DNA from: Promethearchaeum syntrophicum
Lineage (GTDB): Archaea; Asgardarchaeota; Lokiarchaeia; Sigyniarchaeales; Promethearchaeaceae
Reading direction: 5' to 3'
Assembly: GCF_008000775.2 (NCBI RefSeq)
Contig: NZ_CP042905.2
Span: 3,720,001-3,752,000, forward strand
Length of the DNA: 32,000 nucleotides
A model generated the notes under the pieces. That model was not told where the DNA came from. It was given only the letters and a program-made list of their open reading frames with translations, and made no database searches. How positions within the stretch are numbered: position 1 is the stretch's first letter; every line of letters begins with the position of its first letter. Below, one piece after another: positions 25,363 through 32,000 of this stretch. The translations under genes and the position numbers were made by a program.

Positions 25363-27345
25363 TTAGAAGAAATTCAATTCATAGTCAGCCATGCCTACGG
25401 TAGCACTGACAATCAATAATATATTTTCATCTCCAAAGGAAGTAAGATCCCAAGTACCTTCATTTAGATCGTTCAAATCCAGATCTTGTAAAATTGAACC
25501 ATCTTCAGTTGTCAAAGTCACCATGAAATCAGCCTCCGGGATTATTGAATAAAATGCTTCCATATTCAAAGGTATATCATTGACCTTAACATTTTCTACC
25601 CACCATCCTGCTTCTTCGGTTGCCCAATCAGTCATATAACGGAATTGAAGGATAACTTCTTGATCAATAAATGCACCTAAATCGAAAGTCATAGTTCCAT
25701 CAAAAGAACCACATAATCCAGGTAAATTATCGATGATTGCGGGATAAGCGGCAGGATCGTATTCATCATTTGTATACTCATTTTCTAGAGATGTCCATGT
25801 ATTACCATCATCATTAGAGATTTGCACAAACCCAAAGTCCCAAAGGTCCTCAATTTCATATTCTGTATCAAAGGTAAGTTTTGGTTCTGTGATGCCGGTT
25901 AAATCTAGATCATAAAGAATTCGTAAATCCATCTCTGGAGCCGCGGGGGTAGAATACAAGGTGTTTCCATCGTTTTCCCAATGGGGAACAGTTGCCAAAT
26001 CATCTCCATTGAAAGACAAAGTTTTGTAATTTAACCCATTCAAGGCGATATAATCGGTTGAATAATCTCCTAATAGATAAACATCTGTTTCATAACCCAA
26101 AATTGACACAGTTTGTCCGAAATCACTACCTTTATATGGAAAAGCTGTAGTTGCATCAAGGTTATAAACTCTTGCGGAGTCAAAATCGGCGAGATCCATA
26201 TATAAATAATTATAATCCCCGGAATGAATAAGGTTCGCAATTCTCCAATTGTGGAAGGCATCCTCGAAGCGATCTTCAGATCCGATAGATTCTAAAACCG
26301 CATTAATACCGGGAATTCCACCAATTCCTGATTGAACAAAATCTCTGATAAATGTTTCTCCATATGTATCACCTAAATAAATCGCCCATAACAAAGCTGA
26401 TCCGTAATCTGCTAAGATATTAGTTCCTCCTTGATCTTCCCAATCGACTAATGAATTGTCAGGAGTAGCCATATAACTATTAATATCTCCCTCAGCAAGA
26501 GGATACCCACATAGTGGTTCAGCATACATAGAACACCCTTCGTTCATAAAAATATCATCGTAGGTGTTCAAATCATCATGGATTAGATGTTGGTATTCAT
26601 GTGCAATAACTCCTTCATAGAGGTTTGGCCGTTTAGCATCATCTCCAACTCGATTCACCCAATCATAACAATCAATCGAGATAATATTTCTGTCAAAGTA
26701 ATTTTCTAGAGAAGGTGAATAAAACCCTGCGTAATAATAGGGATAATCATGGTCATAGTAGTTGGTATCTCGGATATTAGAGACTAAAATAACCGATTTT
26801 CCAGATTCTTCAAAATATTCCCCAGTGGTAGACAAGATTGCCTTTGATCCGTTATGGAAATCTTCATTTCCAAAATAGCCAGTATCTATTGGATAAATAT
26901 TATTTTCAAATTCGTCTAAAAGGTAATCAACTTGCCAATCTTCTACTATTGGTGTGTCGCGATGATCTCCTTTTTTACCATCAAAATCGAGTTCGAGCTG
27001 CACCCAAATTTCGCTCATATTTCCACTCGCACGAAGAATATAGTAGGACCATACATACCCTGCGGCAGCATTTTCATCTAAAACTAACCAATATTTAATT
27101 GCACCCACTTCTGGATAAGTAGGGTAGCCAGAAATGTCGAGGGCTATCCCCTCTTTCTCCATATATTTTTCCGCATATTTTAATGGACCATCATTTCTTA
27201 ACTTCCAACCAATATCAATTGGCGTAGGGTCAACGTAATCTTGTGCAGTAACTGAGATTATTGAGGTAAGCCCACTAATAACAAAAACTGATAAAATAAA
27301 TACAGATATAGTTGTTTTTTTTTTCATTTTAATCACATAATTCAT
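25363..27345 (-). CDS. Secreted HEXXH metalloprotease (immune inhibitor A/M6- or M30-like)
   Basis: Signal peptide MKKKTTISVFILSVFVISGLTSIISVTAQ, catalytic motif VIAHEYQHLIH with downstream NEG, and C-terminal jelly-roll-like WWVENVKV segment. Confidence 0.8.
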   Translation of the reverse strand: MNYVIKMKKKTTISVFILSVFVISGLTSIISVTAQDYVDPTPIDIGWKLRNDGPLKYAEKYMEKEGIALDISGYPTYPEVGAIKYWLVLDENAAAGYVWSYYILRASGNMSEIWVQLELDFDGKKGDHRDTPIVEDWQVDYLLDEFENNIYPIDTGYFGNEDFHNGSKAILSTTGEYFEESGKSVILVSNIRDTNYYDHDYPYYYAGFYSPSLENYFDRNIISIDCYDWVNRVGDDAKRPNLYEGVIAHEYQHLIHDDLNTYDDIFMNEGCSMYAEPLCGYPLAEGDINSYMATPDNSLVDWEDQGGTNILADYGSALLWAIYLGDTYGETFIRDFVQSGIGGIPGINAVLESIGSEDRFEDAFHNWRIANLIHSGDYNYLYMDLADFDSARVYNLDATTAFPYKGSDFGQTVSILGYETDVYLLGDYSTDYIALNGLNYKTLSFNGDDLATVPHWENDGNTLYSTPAAPEMDLRILYDLDLTGITEPKLTFDTEYEIEDLWDFGFVQISNDDGNTWTSLENEYTNDEYDPAAYPAIIDNLPGLCGSFDGTMTFDLGAFIDQEVILQFRYMTDWATEEAGWWVENVKVNDIPLNMEAFYSIIPEADFMVTLTTEDGSILQDLDLNDLNEGTWDLTSFGDENILLIVSATVGMADYELNFF

Positions 27346-27790
27346 TTCTACCGAATTAACCCATGTTCCATCCCCCAGGAAGAATTTTCAAAACTTCCTT
27401 TAACATTTTTTTCTATTTTTTTTTATGATATGAAACGAAGAGATCAATCAATATGAAATGATAATTAGTTCTTGCGTGGGGAGTGGTTATAAAAAATCAC
27501 GCACACTTCTCCCCTTTCGAATTTAAGATAGTTTCCTACGAAGGCCACAATTTATATATCTCCACCTCTTTGCTCGTAAATCTATATTAATATAAAATTT
27601 TCATACGATAGGGTAGTTTATATAAAATTATTGAATAAAAAGACAATTTTGATTAATTTAATTTTCATTTATTCATATCCTTAGATTAATTACATTTTTA
27701 GTTTATTTGAATAAAATAAAAAGAGATGAGTAAAAATGCATATTTTTTATAAAATATACAATTAAAATGGATATTTTCTTAATTTATCTT

Positions 27791-28213
27791 ATGAGTGATC
27801 TTAAAACCAAACAAACTGATAAAAGTGTGAATGAGTTTTTAAGCAAAATCGAAGATCCTATAAAACAAAAAGCCAGCAGACAAATTTTGAAAATTATGAA
27901 AGAGGTTTCAAAAACTGATCCAAAAATGTGGGGAGAATCAATAATTGGTTTTGGAAATTATCATTATAAATATGCAACCGGACGAGAAGGCGACTGGATG
28001 CGAATTGGATTTTCTCCGCGTAAACAATATTTAACTCTCTATATAATGGATGGTTTTGATAAGTATAATGAATTAATGGAAAAACTAGGGAAATATAAAA
28101 CTGGAAAATCTTGTTTGTATATAAAAAAAATGCAAGATATAGATATCAACATTTTGAAAGAGTTAATGAAAGAATCTCTACTCAATATGGATAAATTATT
28201 TCCGGGGCAGTAA
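27791..28213 (+). CDS. DUF1801/YdhG-like small protein (ORF track start 27767; ATG 27791 preferred)
   Basis: VNEFLSKIEDPIKQKASRQILKIMKEVSKTDPKMWGESIIGFGNYHYKYATGREGDWMRIGFSPRKQYLTLYI. Confidence 0.75.
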   Translation: MSDLKTKQTDKSVNEFLSKIEDPIKQKASRQILKIMKEVSKTDPKMWGESIIGFGNYHYKYATGREGDWMRIGFSPRKQYLTLYIMDGFDKYNELMEKLGKYKTGKSCLYIKKMQDIDINILKELMKESLLNMDKLFPGQ

Positions 28214-28704
28214 AATAATGATTTTTTTTTTCTAATAGATTTTACAACTTTCGAGATGATTCTAAAACCTTAGACAATCATTTTCATGAATAATGGCAGT
28301 ATAAATCCTCATTTCTCTTAAACATTGGATAAATTATTCACGATTGGTTAAGTGGTTTTCATGAACTTATAAGAAACTCAAGAATGAAGAGATGGGCTTT
28401 ATTAAGTTGAATGAGAATTATTAAAATTTCCGAATTCATTTTCCGAAAGATATCTTAGCCCAATTCAATATGAGGGCAATAATTAACAACATTTGACAAT
28501 ATTTCAAAAGGGAAGTAGAAAAATCAGGAATTAAAGATTCAAAAAAGAATATAGCTGTTTTTTTAGAGATAATTCAGCAAGAGAATGTATAATCTAATTA
28601 AGAAATTAAAGGTTATAATTTAAAATTTTTACAATAAAAAAGGAGGTGTTTATTTAAAGTTTATTTATCAACTTTAAAACCTCAAAAAAAACCTAAAATT
28701 AAAT

Positions 28705-31700
28705 TTACAATCTCCTTTTTCTAGATCTAATTACTAAAAGTAATGCAATACTGCTTCCTATTGCAACACTGCTTCCAGCAATAATATATATTGTCATATT
28801 ATCTGCAGGTATCTCAACTGTAAAGGTCCAAGTTTCGGATGTTCTATTTAAATACCCATCATCAACAACTACATACCATTCATAAGTTTCACCATCGACT
28901 AATCCCACCCATTCAACTAATACAGTAGTATTACTTTCGACATTTTCCTGAATACCAATAATATCTCCTGTGATAGCATTATAGAATGTGACAGTTAATT
29001 GATCACCATCTGGATCTGATACATATACTGATAAATTAGCTCCTAAAGCTTCAATAATTTCTTCATTTTCTGGACTTGGATTTATTGGATTATTTGGGGC
29101 ACGATTAGTGTCTGGAAATGTTGTAACACTCACTTCATCACATAATGGCCCTTCTCCTTCAGTATTATTAGCAGATATTTGATAATAATAAGTTTGACCA
29201 TCATTTAATCCCGTATCAGTGTAGGTTAATACATCTCCAACTGAAGCGAATAATGATAAATTCCCTGAACTGGTTCCTCTATAAATGTTATATCCCGTTA
29301 TAACAGATGCACCATCACTTAAAGGTGCACCCCAAGTTAATTCTACTTGTGCATCTCCAGGAATTGCTTGAAGATTTAGCGGCGTACTTGGAAAAACACT
29401 AGGAAGTGCACTCACTTCATCACATAATGGCCCCTCTCCTTCAGCATTTATAGCAGAGATTTGATAATAATAGATCTGTTCATTCGTCAACCCAAGATCA
29501 GTATAGGTTAAAACATCTCCAACTGAAGTGAATAATGATAAACTCCCAGAACTGGTTCCTCTATAAATATTATAGCCAGAAATAGCAGACCCACCATCAC
29601 TTAAGGGTGCACTCCAAGTTAGTTCTACTTGTGCATCATCTGGAATTGCTTGAAGATTTAGCGGCGTACTTGGAAAAACACTAGGAAATGCACTCACTTC
29701 ATCACATAATGGCCCCTCTCCTTCAGCATTTATAGCAGAGATTTGATAATAATAGATCTGTTCATTCGTCAACCCAAGATCAGTATAGGTTAAAACATCT
29801 CCAACTGAAGTGAATAATGATAAACTCCCAGAACTGGTTCCTCTATAAATATTATAGCCCGTAATAACAGACCCACCATCACTGAAAGGTGCATCCCAAG
29901 TCAAATCTACCTGTGCATCATCTGGAATTGCTTGAAGATTTTGAGGTACGGTTGGAGCACCCAATGGAGAAGCACTCACTTCATCACATAATGATCCTTC
30001 TCCTTCAGCATTTATAGCAGAAATTTGATAATAATAGATTTGACCATTAGTTAAACCTAGATCAGTATAAGTTAAAACATCTCCAACTGAAGTGAAAAAT
30101 GATAAACTCCCAGAACTGGTTCCTCTATAAATATTATAGCCCGTAATAGCAGACCCACCATCACTTAAAGGTGCACCCCAAGTTAATTCTATCTGTGCAT
30201 CTCCTGGAAATGTTTGAAGATTTTGAGGTGCACTCGGAAAGGGACTATCTGGAATCCAGCGAATATAGTCTATCCAGGCACAATCACTTCCACTAGATAC
30301 ACTGCCATCTTTACTATAAGTCCATCGAATAGTATGTTCACCTTCAGATATATCTTGGGTAAATTCAGTAAAGGGAACTGTTCCTGATACAGATAAGCCA
30401 CTTAAAACTCCATCAATATATAATCTTAAATAATCGTAATATTGCTCTGATGAAATTCCATACCAAAATTGAAGAGAGCCCGCTCCATTAACTGTTGTTT
30501 CAATCCATGTACTTTGACTATCGACAATATCTCCACTTTCAACCGCATCTCCTCCATAATAAGTCGTCGTCGTTTGAGAAAACCAATCTGAGTCCCCTCC
30601 AGTGCTGAAGGATAACTCGTAATTATCGACACCTTCATCTAACTGTTCATAAATAAGAGTAACACTCACTTCATCGCATAAGGGCCCTTCTCCTTCAGTA
30701 TTATTAGCAGAAATTTGATAATAATAAATTTGTCCATTGGTTAAACCAGTATCAGTATAGGTCAAAACATTTCCAATTGAGGTGAATAATGATAAACTCC
30801 CAGAACTGGTTCCTCTATAAATATTATAACCTGTAATAACAGACCCACCATCACTTAAAGGTGTACCCCAAGTTAATTCTACCTGTTCATCTCCTGGAAT
30901 TGCTTGAAGATTTTGAGGTACGGTTGGAGCACCCAATGGAGTAGTACTCACTTCATCACATAATGGCCCTTCTCCTTCAGTATTATTAGCAGAAATTTGA
31001 TAATAATAAATTTGTCCATTGGTTAAACCAGTATCAGTATAGGTCAAAACATCTCCAATTGAAGTGAATAATGATAAACTCCCAGAACTGGTTCCTCTAT
31101 AAATATTATAGCCCGTAATAGCAGAGTCACCAACACTTAAAGGTGCATCCCAAGTTAATTCTACCTGTTCATCTCCTGGAATTGCTTGAAGATTTTGAGG
31201 GGCACTTGGAACACCCAATGGAGTAGCACTCACTTCATCACATAAGGGCCCTTCTCCTTCAGTATTATTAGCAGAAATTTGATAATAATAGATTTGTCCA
31301 TTGGTTAAACCAGTATCAGTATAGCTCAAAACATCTCCAATTGAAGTGAATAATGATAAACTCCCAGAACTGGTTCCTCTATAAATATTATAACCTGTAA
31401 TAACAGACCCACCATCACTTAAAGGTGCACCCCAAGTTAATTCTACCTGTTCATCTCCTGGAATTGCTTGAAGATTTTGAGGTACGGTTGGAGCACCCAA
31501 TGGAGTAGTACTCACTTCATCACATAATGGCCCTTCTCCTTCAGTATTTTTCGCAGAAATTTGATAATAATAAATTTGCCCATTGGTTAAACCAGTATCA
31601 GTATAGCTCAAAACATCTCCAATTGAAGTGAATAATGATAAACTCCCAGAACTGGTCCCTCTATAAATATTATAGCCCGTAATAGCAGAGTCACCAGCAC

Positions 31701-32000
31701 TTAAAGGTGCATCCCAAGTTAATTCTACCTGTTCATCTCCTGGAATTGCTTGAAGATTTTGAGGGGCACTTGGAACACCCAATGGAGTAGCACTCACTTC
31801 ATCACATAATGGCCCTTCTCCTTCAGTATTATTAGCAGAAATTTGATAATAATAAATTTGTCCATTGGTTAAACCAGTATCAGTATAGGTCAAAACATCT
31901 CCAATTGAGGTGAATAATGATAAACTCCCAGAACTGGTCCCTCTATAAATATTATAGCCCGTAATAGCAGAGTCACCAGCACTTAAAGGTGCATCCCAAG
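28705..32000 (-). CDS. Giant surface protein with tandem fibronectin type III domains and C-terminal membrane anchor (N-terminus beyond window)
   Basis: Repeated units PSAPQNLQAIPGDEQVELTWDAPLS...ITGYNIYRGTSSGSLSLFTSIGDVLTYTDTGLTNGQIYYYQISANNTEGEGPLCDEVS; C-term TM MTIYIIAGSSVAIGSSIALLLVIRSRKRRL. Frame still open at 32000. Confidence 0.93.
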   Translation of the reverse strand, partial: WDAPLSAGDSAITGYNIYRGTSSGSLSLFTSIGDVLTYTDTGLTNGQIYYYQISANNTEGEGPLCDEVSATPLGVPSAPQNLQAIPGDEQVELTWDAPLSAGDSAITGYNIYRGTSSGSLSLFTSIGDVLSYTDTGLTNGQIYYYQISAKNTEGEGPLCDEVSTTPLGAPTVPQNLQAIPGDEQVELTWGAPLSDGGSVITGYNIYRGTSSGSLSLFTSIGDVLSYTDTGLTNGQIYYYQISANNTEGEGPLCDEVSATPLGVPSAPQNLQAIPGDEQVELTWDAPLSVGDSAITGYNIYRGTSSGSLSLFTSIGDVLTYTDTGLTNGQIYYYQISANNTEGEGPLCDEVSTTPLGAPTVPQNLQAIPGDEQVELTWGTPLSDGGSVITGYNIYRGTSSGSLSLFTSIGNVLTYTDTGLTNGQIYYYQISANNTEGEGPLCDEVSVTLIYEQLDEGVDNYELSFSTGGDSDWFSQTTTTYYGGDAVESGDIVDSQSTWIETTVNGAGSLQFWYGISSEQYYDYLRLYIDGVLSGLSVSGTVPFTEFTQDISEGEHTIRWTYSKDGSVSSGSDCAWIDYIRWIPDSPFPSAPQNLQTFPGDAQIELTWGAPLSDGGSAITGYNIYRGTSSGSLSFFTSVGDVLTYTDLGLTNGQIYYYQISAINAEGEGSLCDEVSASPLGAPTVPQNLQAIPDDAQVDLTWDAPFSDGGSVITGYNIYRGTSSGSLSLFTSVGDVLTYTDLGLTNEQIYYYQISAINAEGEGPLCDEVSAFPSVFPSTPLNLQAIPDDAQVELTWSAPLSDGGSAISGYNIYRGTSSGSLSLFTSVGDVLTYTDLGLTNEQIYYYQISAINAEGEGPLCDEVSALPSVFPSTPLNLQAIPGDAQVELTWGAPLSDGASVITGYNIYRGTSSGNLSLFASVGDVLTYTDTGLNDGQTYYYQISANNTEGEGPLCDEVSVTTFPDTNRAPNNPINPSPENEEIIEALGANLSVYVSDPDGDQLTVTFYNAITGDIIGIQENVESNTTVLVEWVGLVDGETYEWYVVVDDGYLNRTSETWTFTVEIPADNMTIYIIAGSSVAIGSSIALLLVIRSRKRRL
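29131..30258 (-). repeat. Four exact-period 282-bp tandem FN3 repeats (distal block)
   Basis: The landmark cacttcatca (plus strand) occurs at 29131, 29413, 29695 and 29977, spaced exactly 282 bp. Confidence 0.95.
30667..32000 (-). repeat. 282-bp tandem FN3 repeats in an alternating A/B (564-bp) higher-order array (proximal block)
   Basis: The same landmark recurs at 30667, 30949, 31231, 31513 and 31795. Alternate units carry PTVPQNL...PLSDGGSVITGY versus PSAPQNL...DAPLS(A/V)GDSAITGY. Confidence 0.93.

Noticed and set aside
26070-27098. Minus/plus small ORFs overlapping the metalloprotease gene
   Set aside because: Overlap a long ORF with signal peptide and HEYQH motif.
27421-27766. tRNA gene in the GC-richer intergenic patch
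   Set aside because: No GGTTCRANYCC T-arm or acceptor-stem pairing; only the dyad/pseudoknot-like pattern is present.
28705-32000. CRISPR array or mobile repeat explanation for the periodic sequence
   Set aside because: The 282-bp repeat encodes in-frame FN3 domains in one continuous ORF with no spacers; no cas genes nearby.

Overview
AT-rich archaeal window. Gene content and the unusual selenoprotein below point to an Asgard/Lokiarchaeota-like genome, but that is inference. From start to end it holds: (i) a [NiFe]-hydrogenase maturation cluster: HypD C-terminus, HycI-type protease, HypE, HypF, and HypC further on; (ii) an alpha/beta hydrolase, a HAD phosphatase and a small Cys-containing protein; (iii) an ArsR regulator and heavy-metal P-type ATPase pair with a candidate operator; (iv) a minus-strand mvhG-like / hdrC / hdrB / mvhA operon; (v) a TusA / YeeE-YedE / three-gene DsrE-family sulfur-relay cassette; (vi) a sirtuin C-terminal-half protein, a B12-binding radical SAM protein, an epimerase, an AAC(3)-like protein, rubrerythrin + VIT1-like transporter, and a secreted metalloprotease; (vii) a very repetitive fibronectin-III surface protein running off the window end. 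Main discovery: the hydrogenase large subunit (10651..11988) lacks its C-terminal Ni-binding DPCxxCxxH motif. That motif lies in an unannotated 52-codon minus-strand ORF just downstream (10482..10640) read through an in-frame TGA: MKMVVEVNDNILNLLEMVIRCYDC[U]LSCAAHITIVEPDGTERVIRKLEVDCG. This is a VhuU-type split selenocysteine subunit. It is followed by a hairpin carrying AUGA/GGAG elements that resemble a eukaryotic-type SECIS kink-turn, then a GC hairpin and T10 tract.
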